Virus record (IMG/VR): IMGVR_UViG_3300028048_000056
Location: 64,001-128,000 of that record
DNA: 64,000 nt
Reading direction: 5' to 3' (one strand)
Source: a virus
Taxonomy: Duplodnaviria; Caudoviricetes
Part shown: one piece after another, positions 9,643 to 19,950 of the stretch
How positions within the stretch are numbered: position 1 is the stretch's first letter
Layout: each line of letters begins with the position of its first letter
Position numbers and translations under genes: made by a program
Notes under the pieces: model-generated
Told to the model about the DNA's origin: nothing
What the model saw: only the letters and a program-made list of their open reading frames with translations
Databases searched by the model: none

Positions 9643-10583
9643 ATATGAGTAGCACACTTAATCTGACTATGCTTTCACCTGAACGCTTCCAAGCGATATA
9701 TAATTCGTTGAATGAAGCCGAGCAGAAAACTCTTAGGACAATTCTAGAAGAGCTCGCTGAGACAGGTGAAAGTGAAACCTATGAAAAGGTGTGGCTGGAA
9801 GACTACGAAGAAATTCCAGTCGACATCGATACTTTTCTAGAAGACCCTAGATATCTAGGAAACGCAACCAATAACGGTACTCAGATATATCCATTCTGGC
9901 GTGAACAGCTACGAAAGATATTTGCAAGCGGAGATACCGATTATGACGAGATTGCATTCACCGGTGCTATTGGAATTGGCAAGACCCAAATTGCGGTGTA
10001 TGCGATTGCATATCTAACGTATAGGCTGCTGTGCTTGAGGCATCCTCAACGGTATTTTGGATTTGCGGATACCGACGAGATTGCCATATTCTTCTTCAAC
10101 GCTACTGTCGCACTGGCACAGGCTGTCGGATATGGTAGACTGCACAACTGCTTAATGGAATCCCCTTGGTTCTTAGACCATGGTTCTATTCACGGCTCAC
10201 AAGACAACCCGTACTATGTACCTGGAAAACACATTGCGATTAAAGCCGGTTCTAAAGCAAGTCACGGATTAGGTCAGCAAATATTCTGCCTTGTTGGTTC
10301 GACTCTGATTGACACTGACCAAGGAGTCCTGCCTTTATCAGAATTGGAAGGTAAGACTGTATCGGTACTTCAAAGGAACGAACAAGGTCATCTTTCTTGG
10401 GTAAAAGCGCCAGTGTTAAAAACCAAGTATGCTACTAAAACTATCAGAATAACTCTCGAAAATGGTGAGACTATAGAAGGTACTCCTGAACATCGAGTAA
10501 TGCTGGTAGATGGTACCTATAAAGCATTAGGTGATTTAACCGAAGACGACGAATTAATGGATTTCGAGGTGGACCATGCGTAA
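9639..10583 (+). CDS. terL: Terminase large subunit N-fragment fused to split intein N-half
   Basis: Walker A FTGAIGIGKT; IYPFW adenine-binding region; ends with intein N-domain and TAA. Confidence 0.9.
   Translation: MNMSSTLNLTMLSPERFQAIYNSLNEAEQKTLRTILEELAETGESETYEKVWLEDYEEIPVDIDTFLEDPRYLGNATNNGTQIYPFWREQLRKIFASGDTDYDEIAFTGAIGIGKTQIAVYAIAYLTYRLLCLRHPQRYFGFADTDEIAIFFFNATVALAQAVGYGRLHNCLMESPWFLDHGSIHGSQDNPYYVPGKHIAIKAGSKASHGLGQQIFCLVGSTLIDTDQGVLPLSELEGKTVSVLQRNEQGHLSWVKAPVLKTKYATKTIRITLENGETIEGTPEHRVMLVDGTYKALGDLTEDDELMDFEVDHA
10287..10580 (+). mobile_element. Split intein N-fragment (IntN, 98 aa)
   Basis: Block A CLVGSTLI, block B GTPEHRVM, acidic end LTEDDELMDFE, then stop. Confidence 0.9.
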
Positions 10584-11462
10584 ATATCATATATACCGAC
10601 ACACAACACCTGACGGTAAGGTTTATATAGGTTGTACATGCCAGAATCCTGAAGCTCGTTGGGGTAGGGGCGGCGAAAACTACCAATCCAATAAAGAGTT
10701 CTGGTGTGCAATTCAAAAATATGGGTGGGATAATGTCAAGCATGAAATTCTCAGAGTAGAACTTGATAGACAAACCGCCTTAGCTTTAGAATATGAATAC
10801 ATTCATCAGCACAAAGCTACTAACCCTGATTATGGTTATAATCACATATCCGGACCTAAATATCGCATGGATTTACATGAGCAATTTAGAAAGCAATATC
10901 CGAAAGGTCTAAAGGATATTGGACTAATCCTGAATATCGCGCTTTAATTTCTAGACGAGTAAGCGAAGCAAGGAAAGGAATTAGATTTACCAACGAGCAC
11001 CGTGAACATCTGCGTCAATCTAAACTTAAGATTAATCAGATAAAAGGCAATCAATGCTGGATTTACAAAGGCCATCAAGAGTCTTTAATACCAGAATCTG
11101 AGTTGAGTAGATACCTAAGTGATGGCTGGGTTTCAGGTCGACTTAATGATAAGAACATCTATATGCACAAGCAGGGTTGTATGGACATTAAAGTCACTGA
11201 GGAGGAAGTCGAGGATTATACCAAACAAGGTTGGGTATTAGGCAGAGGAGATGAGGTAAGTAAGAATATATCTAAATCACGACGAAATTTTGTGTGGAAG
11301 TACCGTGAGTTAGAGTTTGAAAGTAGCACTGACCTTACCGAGTATCTAAAGCAACACGGTTATCCTAAAATCGCGATGTCAACCGTAACCGGCTTAGCCA
11401 GAGGTGGTAAGTACACCACCTATCAAGAGCTGATGGGAACTATAAGCAAAATAAGAAAATAA
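10576..11462 (+). mobile_element. Free-standing GIY-YIG homing endonuclease, frameshifted near 10890-10893
   Basis: YHIY...KVYIGCT, NPDYGYN; -1 frame from 10890 reads AISERSKGYWTNPEYR...NEHREHLRQSK and joins ORF 11103..11462 (YLSDGWVSGR repeats). Confidence 0.8.
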
Positions 11463-11499
11463 TATAAAATCTAGAAATAAGGAAGGGAGGGGTCACACT

Positions 11500-11625
11500 G
11501 TGAAAATTACTCGAATTGAGCACATTAATCATGAGGAGCCGATAGCTGTTTATGATGTAATAGACGCTAAGCCAAATCATAATTTCTGTGTACGAGTTGG
11601 AAAACATCGTATAATTTCGCACAAT
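11500..11625 (+). mobile_element. Split intein C-fragment (IntC, 42 aa; not in ORF track)
   Basis: RBS AAGGAAGGGAGG, GTG start; MKITRIEHINHEEPIAVYDVIDAKPNHNFCVRVGKHRIISHN then +1 Cys. Confidence 0.9.
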
Positions 11626-12931
11626 TGTGGTTTCCTTTGACGAGGTGAACTTCGCACCTGGTGCGAATACCACCATGGAGAAGTCTAAGATTATGCAGAC
11701 TTACTCTTCTGTCAAAGCCAGAATCAAATCACGTTTCATTCGAAACGGAAAACTTTTGGGTAAGATGTTCTTGGTTTCTTCCAAGAAGGCACAAGACGAC
11801 TTCCTAGAAGTTTACCTAGATAAACGTAGAAAAGAGGACGACGCTGCCAGACTGTTTATCGTCGACGAACCGTTGTGGGTTGTAAAGCCGTCAGATACCT
11901 ATTGTGGTAAGAAGTTCCTTGTTGCTTACGGTTCAAAGCAACTTACTCCTCGAGTGATAGAACCCGGTGAAGACCTTGAAGCCATCAAGAAGCTCGGTTA
12001 TGAGATATTAGAAGTGCCTATCGAACTGGAGTCAGACTTCCGTTTCAATATTATTACCGCACTGCAAGACTTAGCAGGTAAGGCACTTCCCGGCACAACC
12101 AGCTACTTCAGTTACAAGATTATCAGCTCATGCTACACAGACAGACCTAGCCCCTTTACGGCTGAGGTACTTGAGATTGGTCTGAACGACCACATGGAAT
12201 ACCAGGAATTCTTTAACCTAGATGTTATTCCAAAAGAATATTTCTCTCGCCCGATGGCAATACATCTGGATACTTCATTAAAGAATGATATTACAGGTAT
12301 TTCAGGAGCCTGCTATGTAGACAATGTTCTAGCAGACACTGATGACGGTACGATTGAGAAACGTGTCTACGCTCAGGTATTCTCTGTCGGTATTAAGGCA
12401 CCGCCTGGTTCTGAAATCAGCATGGCGAAGAATCGACGGTTTATCTACTGGCTACGCAGCGTAGGTTTCAACATTGCTATAATCAGTACTGATACCTTCC
12501 AGACAGCAGAGTCACATCAGATACTGCGGGATAAGGGATTCACGACTGCCATTCGTTCTCTTGACCGAACTCCTGAAGGATATCAGACACTCCGTGAAGC
12601 TATGGTCGAGAAACGAATTAGCATGATAAGACACGCAAAGCTAGAGAATGAGCTAATCTATCTACAGCGTGACACGAGCACCGGAAAGCTAGACCACCCA
12701 GCTAATGGTTCAAAAGATATTTCAGATAGTTTAGCAGGTGCAATCTGGGATTTGAGCTTACTACCATATTCACCTGCATTGCACAACTTCGTCATGTATT
12801 CTCACGAAAAAGAAGACGTCATGCCGGCTTCTATCAACGCGATGTTCGGTGGCTTACAACCCTACGACAAGTATCAGTTCGAGAGAAGCCCAGAAGATAT
12901 CAGAATTATCCAGGAAATATCGCATTTGTAA
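11500..12931 (+). CDS. terL: IntC plus terminase large subunit C-fragment (needs +1 shift at 11635-11641)
   Basis: After a +1 shift reads CGFLDEVNF (Walker B); nuclease motifs IHLDTSLKND and SKDISDSLAG. Confidence 0.85.
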
Positions 12932-12963
12932 TTACCGCGCACAACAAAGTATAAGTCAACATC

Positions 12964-12979
12964 ACTGCATTTAAGCAGT
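12964..12979. repeat. Half-site of the 58-bp element
   Basis: ACTGCATTTAAGCAGT; no recognisable left arm 38 nt upstream. Confidence 0.7.
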
Positions 12980-12984
12980 ACCAC

Positions 12985-13030
12985 AAGACGCACGTTAGAA
13001 TTTACCATGCTGACGTGCGTCTTTATCTTG
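12985..13030 (+). terminator. Intrinsic terminator after terL
   Basis: AAGACGCACGTTAG...CTGACGTGCGTCTT hairpin plus T-rich tail. Confidence 0.65.
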
Positions 13031-13203
13031 ATTTCACGGTGTATTATATGATGTAAGCAACACACAGCATGCTACAATATGCGATAGTGTTTTCGTATGT
13101 GTACACTTGTATTATACATACAACGTCACCACGCAAATCACACGCACGCTGTACGCAAGGTGTGTGGTACTGTATTTACTAACCAGTAAAGGAGGTACAT
13201 GAT

Positions 13204-14784
13204 TTGCCGTTATTCAAACGAAAGAAAAAGCAGGTTGTGCAGAACAATGCTATCCCTGCCAACCAGGTTAAGAAGCGAACTGATGTCTATGACATCGACT
13301 ATCGTGTACTTGCCGGTGCTCTAACCGACCTTGACCAGATTAAGCAGTCAACTACCGCTCTGAAGGACAGAGCAACCATGTACAATGCGATGACTCAGCT
13401 TAAATCTGATGCTATCATAGGTCCTGCAATCGAAATCTACGCTACCAATGCGACAGGCACGAATGCAGACGGAAATGTTATCTGGGCAATTCCGGTAAAT
13501 GACGATGAAGTCTCGATATTAGCTGCAAAAGCCGCTAATGAAAGAATGAGAGTTTGGAAGCTGAATTGGCGTGCTTACAGCCATATGATTGAGCTGGTTA
13601 CCTACTCTAATCTGTACCTAAAGACAACCGAGTTTGTAACTCCGAGAGCAAAGGAGCAGAATCAGGGTATACTTAGCTTAAATCAGCGAAATCCTAATGC
13701 TCATTGGGATGTTCGTACGGATGTTGCTATAAATCCTGCAATCATCTACGAGCTACGTCATGACGACGAACCTTCTGCTTTCTGTGTCGATTTCTCGCTT
13801 CAGGACAATATGACTGCGACCTCATATGACAGCTGGTGCAAAATCAAAGGAAGACCTTGGTCGGTTCAGTCCAGCGATTCTGTAATCCACATTGTCTACA
13901 ACCTGTCGTTGTATCCGTCTGAAATCGAGGTAGAAGACGCTGAAGGTGTCACTCCATACACCATATACCAAGGAGACCCACTGTTCGTAGATGCGTATGT
14001 ACCAGCACAGATTTTGTCTTTGCTGGAAGATGCTATTGTTGCCAACAGAGTTACCAAGTCTGCGTTAATCAGGATTCTTCAGCTTGAAGTAGGTGACTGC
14101 TCACCTGAAGAGGAGTTCAGATTACTCGACCAACTCAAAAGACAAATGGAGCATAAGCTAGCAGCAAATACCACTTCTGGTACAGCTTCTTCTTACGCTG
14201 ACCCAGGTCCGCTTGAAAAGATTGTCTACACGGTTACTCGTGATGGTAAGGGTGTAATCAATCTAGAAACTCTAGGCGGCGATGTAAACATCCGTGACAT
14301 TGTTGACCTTGACTGGTATAAGCAGAAGATTACATCGATTACAGACGTTTCTCCTGGTAATCTTGGTCAATCAACAGATGAAGAAGGAACTGGTGGAGCT
14401 ACTATCTTGACCCAGAACAACATCAGGTTGTATCGTAAGATAATCGGACTTCAGCATGCCTACAGCGAGGGTATTCGTGAAGCTATAAATACCTACTTCC
14501 GAAAGAATGACCTCGAGCAGTATTGCGACCGATTTGAGGTAAAGATGCAACCACCTGTAGGTCCTGAGGACGAAACCAAATCTGAATTGTCATCTAATGC
14601 GGTTAGCCGTGCTAACGACATTATCGCACTCCTTGAAAACCTTGGCGTTAAGGATTCTAAGATTAAGGTGAGGGCTGTCAAGGGACAACTTGACGTTATC
14701 GACCCTGATATCTATCGTATCTTGAACAAGGCAGACTTTACAGAAGCTACCGAGCCGCAGACAGAAGAAAATCCCTTCGTGTAA
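13204..14784 (+). CDS. Portal protein (T4 gp20-like)
   Basis: LSLLEDAIVANRVTKS..RI, INLETLGG, DIVDLDWY; position after terL; TTG start with AAAGGAGGT. Confidence 0.85.
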   Translation: MPLFKRKKKQVVQNNAIPANQVKKRTDVYDIDYRVLAGALTDLDQIKQSTTALKDRATMYNAMTQLKSDAIIGPAIEIYATNATGTNADGNVIWAIPVNDDEVSILAAKAANERMRVWKLNWRAYSHMIELVTYSNLYLKTTEFVTPRAKEQNQGILSLNQRNPNAHWDVRTDVAINPAIIYELRHDDEPSAFCVDFSLQDNMTATSYDSWCKIKGRPWSVQSSDSVIHIVYNLSLYPSEIEVEDAEGVTPYTIYQGDPLFVDAYVPAQILSLLEDAIVANRVTKSALIRILQLEVGDCSPEEEFRLLDQLKRQMEHKLAANTTSGTASSYADPGPLEKIVYTVTRDGKGVINLETLGGDVNIRDIVDLDWYKQKITSITDVSPGNLGQSTDEEGTGGATILTQNNIRLYRKIIGLQHAYSEGIREAINTYFRKNDLEQYCDRFEVKMQPPVGPEDETKSELSSNAVSRANDIIALLENLGVKDSKIKVRAVKGQLDVIDPDIYRILNKADFTEATEPQTEENPFV

Positions 14785-14872
14785 CGAATAGCAAGGGCAA
14801 TCCTGACAACACTCTATATAATAGAAGGAATAGACGACAAGCGGGATTGTCTATTTAAGCGAGGTGAGTAAG

Positions 14873-15475
14873 ATGGCAACAGAAATGACGCAGGATAGTA
14901 AAACCGGTAGGTTTATCGTAGCAGGCGACTTTCTCGATATCGGTATTCCGAATCAAGATGGTTTAACCTTTTCTCGAGAGACTATCGAATGGCTAATGAA
15001 CGACCCGACATTCAAGGATTGTCTGGCTCGTCATGTATATCCTGCATACATTGAGCATCCGTCAGACAACACACCAGGCTTCCGCGGAACTGAAGCAGGT
15101 TTCCTAATCGACTGCCACATCGAGGGAGACAAGCTGAAAGGTGCAATCGAGCTTCTCGATACCACTAAGGAAGGTCAGTACATCAGAGACTTGTACAGAC
15201 ACGAGATTAAACCGGGTGTCAGCATTCGAGCTAACGGATGTACCGACACTGGCGGATATCCTGGCAAAACAACAGGTCCGATTGACTTCTTCGGATTTGA
15301 CTTTGTGGCGCAACCAGCGTTCAAATATGCGGTTCCTATTCCGCTCGCAGCTTCAAGGCGAAACCTCATTCAGAACACTTTAAGGCTTTCGGACACCAGC
15401 CGTCAACTGGCAGCTCTGAGAAAGAGTGCTCTGTCTGAGTTGTTATACAATTCGCATTTCAAAAACTTTAGCTAA
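14873..15475 (+). CDS. Prohead protease (T4 gp21-like)
   Basis: YIEHP, GVSIRANG, FDFVAQPAF catalytic motifs; lies between portal and capsid. Confidence 0.85.
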   Translation: MATEMTQDSKTGRFIVAGDFLDIGIPNQDGLTFSRETIEWLMNDPTFKDCLARHVYPAYIEHPSDNTPGFRGTEAGFLIDCHIEGDKLKGAIELLDTTKEGQYIRDLYRHEIKPGVSIRANGCTDTGGYPGKTTGPIDFFGFDFVAQPAFKYAVPIPLAASRRNLIQNTLRLSDTSRQLAALRKSALSELLYNSHFKNFS

Positions 15476-15489
15476 AGGAGATTGATACT

Positions 15490-16860
15490 ATGCTTAAGCC
15501 TTACACAAATGCAGGCAAGTCTGGCATTCAGAGCCTGAACTCCAGCCGTGCCGCAAAAGGACTGTCACAGTATGATGCTATCGGGCTTTCTAAGGCTCAG
15601 AAGATTCTCAATAGCGCATACGCACTGCAGAAGAGAGCTTTGAACTCAAGCCTTCTTCCTACTTCTATCATTCCATCTGCAACTCAGCCAGGTGACGTTC
15701 TCCAGAAGACCACATACATGAATGTTCTTCGTGCAACACTCGTGGATTGGCTCATTCCTGAGTTCTGTACAATGCAGCCTATGGCTTCTCGTCACACCTC
15801 AATTCCTTACACTCTCTTCCACTTCGGTGAAGATAAGGGTACTGTAAAGGCTGGTCAGGTGTTCGCAAGCCCCTTCGAGCTCGCAAGAGGTGAAGAGAAC
15901 TACTCTGGCAGTGATGTCAACAACGAGCCTCTCACAGACCTCTACCTCCGTGCTCCTGTTATTCCTACCACTGTTCGTATCGTTCCTCAGAGCGGCTCTA
16001 CAATCTTTGATGATGGCGAGGGCAAGCTCCAGACTCTGAACGGTGCTACTGTTACAGATGTCGGCACTATTGATTACGCAACTGGCGTTATCACAGGCGT
16101 TACTGCAGCAGCTACAACTCTCGCTTCTTACAGAGTTGACAACATTTCAGCTTCTGCTAATACACCTCCTATCTACAGTGAGCTCGCTTGGCTCGACCTT
16201 GTTGCAGAGGACAACACTCTCGCAGCGCGTTGGTCACAGGCAGCTGCTTACGATATGGAACAGCAGTATGGTCTTGACGGTCCTAAGATGCTCGAGGAGC
16301 AGGCTACATCTGTAATCGTAAATGAGCTCAATACCAAGGTTGCTCATGATATGTGGGCTAACGCAGGAGCAGGTCAGCCTGTTGTATGGAGCGCTACACC
16401 CCCTATCGGACAAGGCCAGGCAGGTGACCTTGCACACGACAACTCTTTCATCAGAGCTATCAACGCAGGTTCACAGAGAATCTACGACGCAACAGGTCGT
16501 ATTCGTCCTAACTTCATGCTCGTTGGTTCCAGCGTCATGACTGTTATCCAGGGTATGACTCAGTTCACTCCTGCTAACACTCAGAAGACAACTGGTTCTT
16601 ACTATGCAGGTACTCTCGGCGATAAGAAGGTATACTGCTTCAGAGGTGGTATTCCTCATGACCAGTACGTTCTCGGTCACGTTTCCAGCAACGATGTCGA
16701 GCCTTCTTATGTATTCGGCACATATATGCCTGTTACAGCAACAGCTGCTCTTATGGATGCTACATTCACAGGTCAGCAGGGCTTCGCAACATCGAACGCT
16801 CTGAAGATGGTGAATCCGAAGGCATTCATCCGTGGCGTTGTTACTAACCTGGTATACTAA
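15490..16860 (+). CDS. Major capsid protein (T4 gp23-like)
   Basis: CTMQPM, LAARWSQAAAYDMEQQYGLD, VFGTYMPV, QQGFATS; highly biased codons; three LNS motifs in the N-terminal 53 aa. Confidence 0.9.
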   Translation: MLKPYTNAGKSGIQSLNSSRAAKGLSQYDAIGLSKAQKILNSAYALQKRALNSSLLPTSIIPSATQPGDVLQKTTYMNVLRATLVDWLIPEFCTMQPMASRHTSIPYTLFHFGEDKGTVKAGQVFASPFELARGEENYSGSDVNNEPLTDLYLRAPVIPTTVRIVPQSGSTIFDDGEGKLQTLNGATVTDVGTIDYATGVITGVTAAATTLASYRVDNISASANTPPIYSELAWLDLVAEDNTLAARWSQAAAYDMEQQYGLDGPKMLEEQATSVIVNELNTKVAHDMWANAGAGQPVVWSATPPIGQGQAGDLAHDNSFIRAINAGSQRIYDATGRIRPNFMLVGSSVMTVIQGMTQFTPANTQKTTGSYYAGTLGDKKVYCFRGGIPHDQYVLGHVSSNDVEPSYVFGTYMPVTATAALMDATFTGQQGFATSNALKMVNPKAFIRGVVTNLVY

Positions 16861-16887
16861 TCAAATTCCAAAAGGAGGATTAACGCT

Positions 16888-17400
16888 ATGAGTTACACGG
16901 TTACAATTACCTACACTGCTGCGAAGGATATTTACAATATCGATAAGCAGACTCCAAACCTCAAGACGGTTGCTCCAATCCCTGGCTTGTCTTCTAGCAC
17001 AATGCCTGGTAAGTGGAAGGGACCTTCCAAGGAGTACCTCTATGCTGCAGACGATGCAACTGCACCTGAGTATCTCAAGGAGAATCTCTACACGAATTCT
17101 TCGAATACTCTCACACCTGCTAACCTCAGCCTTCTCACTTCTTCCCAGAAAAGATGGCCTGAGTCTACTGCGATGGACCTCATGAACATCCTTCAGGCTT
17201 ACCTCATTCCTCAGATTCCTATCTACAGAGCATGGCAGACATTCAAGATGACTGCTGACCTTGACGGTGCTTCCAACTCCTTCGACGTTGATACTGCTGC
17301 TGAAGCATCCTTCTACGTTCAGGCAGGTGCTGCTCTCAAGGATTACGGCTTTGAGGTTACTTCTGCAGCCGCTGACGGCGGAGAGGGCGGAGAGGGCTAA
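16888..17400 (+). CDS. Putative head decoration/structural protein
   Basis: Follows MCP; strong RBS; high-expression codon bias. Confidence 0.5.
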   Translation: MSYTVTITYTAAKDIYNIDKQTPNLKTVAPIPGLSSSTMPGKWKGPSKEYLYAADDATAPEYLKENLYTNSSNTLTPANLSLLTSSQKRWPESTAMDLMNILQAYLIPQIPIYRAWQTFKMTADLDGASNSFDVDTAAEASFYVQAGAALKDYGFEVTSAAADGGEGGEG

Positions 17401-17424
17401 TTCCAGATAAGGAGGGGTGGTTAA

Positions 17425-18129
17425 ATGCTAAACCCCACAGTTCAAGAATATCTGGATGATATGCACCTCGAAGTCCCCTGGACTGAGGGAGAACTAAAAC
17501 CAGGCGATGATATGAAGCTTCTCATGAAGGCTTTTCGTGAGCTGAAAGAGAAGCTTCATGAATACGCCGATTTGACCGTACCTTATAAGGAAAGAATCTC
17601 TGTAAAAGACCTAAAGGTTCAGAGTTTCATTTCGGTCAGACGTGCCACAGTACCAGCAGGACTGAATGTGGATAACACCAGCGTAGGTAATGTCTTTACA
17701 GCACTCGCAGGTATGTCCGCTGTACCGAACTCTGGTGCATATCACGCCTATTTCGACAGATACACTCAGTCGATGCTGTGTCAATCCCTCAAGAACACGG
17801 TGTCGCAAGATTTACAATATCTATACGACCAGCAAAATCAATGTCTATATGTCGCTGCGAATGTTCCGAAACCGACGTATGTCACGATTACCTATATTCC
17901 TGAGTATGACGACCCGTCCGAGTTGAAGACGAAGTTCGCACAGAGTCAATTACGCAAACTCGCCGTAGCGTATATGAAAATTCATGTAGGCAGCAAGCGT
18001 CGTAAAGTACGATTACCGAATAGCCCTGCACAACTCGACGGCGAAGCTTTACTATCCGAGGGATTAGAAGAGCTCCGAGAAGTCAGGTCTCATCTGGTAC
18101 AGAACAATACACCACAGACTGTATTGTAA
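17425..18129 (+). CDS. Neck/head-tail adaptor (T4 gp13-like)
   Basis: C-terminal RLPNSPAQLDGEALLSEGLEELRE typical of gp13-like proteins; synteny. Confidence 0.65.
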   Translation: MLNPTVQEYLDDMHLEVPWTEGELKPGDDMKLLMKAFRELKEKLHEYADLTVPYKERISVKDLKVQSFISVRRATVPAGLNVDNTSVGNVFTALAGMSAVPNSGAYHAYFDRYTQSMLCQSLKNTVSQDLQYLYDQQNQCLYVAANVPKPTYVTITYIPEYDDPSELKTKFAQSQLRKLAVAYMKIHVGSKRRKVRLPNSPAQLDGEALLSEGLEELREVRSHLVQNNTPQTVL

Positions 18130-18153
18130 TATTCTAATAGGAGGTAAACCAAT

Positions 18154-18465
18154 ATGGCTAAGGATGCTAAAAGAAAGCTTCTCAAGCTCGACAGCTCCAA
18201 GAAGAAAGAAAACCTGAATTCTTCTAAGGAATTCGAGGGTACCGTATATTACAGCCTTGAGGATGTCGAGATTATCACTCAGGCAATTCTCGCAGAGCTC
18301 TCGTCTGACCCGTCTATCGGCGTTACAATCACTCCTTCAGACACAGGTGTTGTTCTCAACTGCGTGCCTGAGAACGGTGACGAGTATACCGTTGATGTTG
18401 ACTTGAATACCGAGACTCTCGCTGAGGACGCAGCTGCTGAAGGCGGCGAGCCTGCAGTAGAGTAA
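18154..18465 (+). CDS. Small acidic protein with LDSS/LNSS leader
   Basis: RBS AGGAGGT; MAKDAKRKLLKLDSSKKKENLNSS. Confidence 0.65.
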   Translation: MAKDAKRKLLKLDSSKKKENLNSSKEFEGTVYYSLEDVEIITQAILAELSSDPSIGVTITPSDTGVVLNCVPENGDEYTVDVDLNTETLAEDAAAEGGEPAVE

Positions 18466-18487
18466 AACCAGCAAGGGAGGAGCAGCT

Positions 18488-18991
18488 ATGAGTCTAATCG
18501 TCCCTGAAGAAATCGATTACCTGAGACAACAGTTCAAATTTACTGTGAAACAGGTGGGTGTTCTGTTTCAATACAGATACCCGTTGAATAACAAAATCGA
18601 TTACTTTAATCAACCTGCTCCTGACGGGTACTCTGAACGCATGCCGGTGTACGGTATTTTCGAAGGAGAACCCAAACTGAAGACATATAGGAATTTAGGG
18701 TGGGTTGTTGAAAAGAATGACAACCTACCCTTTCTTATTCATGTACCTTTTGACGTTCCTCATATCCAGAGAGGTTGTCTTTTTGAGATTGACGGTCAGA
18801 TAACCGCAATCGAGTCACGTCTGTTTCAGGTTACAGAGTTATCAACTGGGCTGGTATGTCCTGACCACATTATATGTCAGATTGTCCCACTCGTAGGTAA
18901 CTCACGTCCACTTACGGAAGAAACAGAACGAGACCTAAATCGTAAGAACTCTGAACCGAGACGGTTCTTGAAAAACCAGACCGATTCATAA
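18488..18991 (+). CDS. Putative neck/head-closure protein
   Basis: Synteny between adaptor and tail completion; beta-rich. Confidence 0.5.
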   Translation: MSLIVPEEIDYLRQQFKFTVKQVGVLFQYRYPLNNKIDYFNQPAPDGYSERMPVYGIFEGEPKLKTYRNLGWVVEKNDNLPFLIHVPFDVPHIQRGCLFEIDGQITAIESRLFQVTELSTGLVCPDHIICQIVPLVGNSRPLTEETERDLNRKNSEPRRFLKNQTDS

Positions 18992-19004
18992 AGTAGGTGA
19001 GATT

Positions 19005-19358
19005 ATGCTTAGACTGGAACTACCAAATGACGTTAAGGATTCGGGGCTGGCACTTCCGCAGTCGACTCCGAAGACCCTTGTTCAAATCGAGGGTGAAAAT
19101 CTACCGTATGCTTGTCAGTGCCCTTGCTGCGGAGCTCTCTTCAATATACCAGAAGGACTGCTCTACAAGATTGAGGAAGACACGCTTATCGACGGAGACC
19201 TCGGTGCAGAAGCCGCTGAGGGAGAAGCTCAGACTGACATCGACGTGAATGTAAGCGAACCTGACCTTAATGAGGGCGGCGTCGGCTCATCTACACAGGA
19301 GTCCAGCACGACCTCCTCAGCTACGGGAGTAGGTGAGTCAGATGATACGTTTATATGA
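19005..19358 (+). CDS. Acidic protein with CxCPCC zinc-ribbon-like motif
   Basis: YACQCPCCGALF. Confidence 0.55.
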   Translation: MLRLELPNDVKDSGLALPQSTPKTLVQIEGENLPYACQCPCCGALFNIPEGLLYKIEEDTLIDGDLGAEAAEGEAQTDIDVNVSEPDLNEGGVGSSTQESSTTSSATGVGESDDTFI

Positions 19359-19950
19359 TACCGCAATATATGAATATCTGAAAGCTAATTTCGGTGACAA
19401 TCTAGGTATCGTACCAGTAAAAGATTACTGGAACGTAGCAGCAATGCACAAAGAGACCAGATTGCAGTTGCCTGCCATAGTGTTGTTCAGAACGAACGTC
19501 ACACCTGAAAGGCAGCTTCAATCATGGCCGATAGCTCGTAGGGGCAGAATGGACCGAATTCAAGAGCACAAGAAAATCATGGAACGAGCCATTCCAATTC
19601 AAGCTGATTATACAATCACCTTGTTGGCAACAACGCAAGATGACATAGATGAGCTGACGAGTGAAGTTACGTTCCTTTTCGTGATGAAGCCCCGTCTCGA
19701 GATAAAATTACCCTATGGCTCTGCTCGAACAATTCACGGGCAGATTATGATAAATGGTGATTTCCAGCCCAGTTCTGGAACTGACCGATTCTCTGAAACA
19801 GGTATTCTATATCAACAGATAATTCCGATTCGTGTGTTAGGAGCTAACATCATCGACATCAGGAAGAAAAATCTACGTTATCTGGATTGGCAAATAGATT
19901 CTAACCTGTATAATACAGTAAAGGAGGAGATTGAAGATGCCAAGAATTAA
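19342..19950 (+). CDS. Tail completion/terminator protein (gp15-like)
   Basis: LQLPAIVL, IPIQADYTITLLATTQDDIDEL; precedes sheath. Confidence 0.6.
   Translation: MIRLYDTAIYEYLKANFGDNLGIVPVKDYWNVAAMHKETRLQLPAIVLFRTNVTPERQLQSWPIARRGRMDRIQEHKKIMERAIPIQADYTITLLATTQDDIDELTSEVTFLFVMKPRLEIKLPYGSARTIHGQIMINGDFQPSSGTDRFSETGILYQQIIPIRVLGANIIDIRKKNLRYLDWQIDSNLYNTVKEEIEDAKN

Noticed and set aside
10584-11499. Group I intron interrupting terL
   Set aside because: Both flanks carry clear intein blocks, IntC has its own RBS and start, and the interval is filled by the endonuclease ORF with no room for a ribozyme core.
11627-11640. GTG 11627 as the true start of TerL-C
   Set aside because: No RBS, and it would detach the extein from IntC; the RBS-supported start is 11500.
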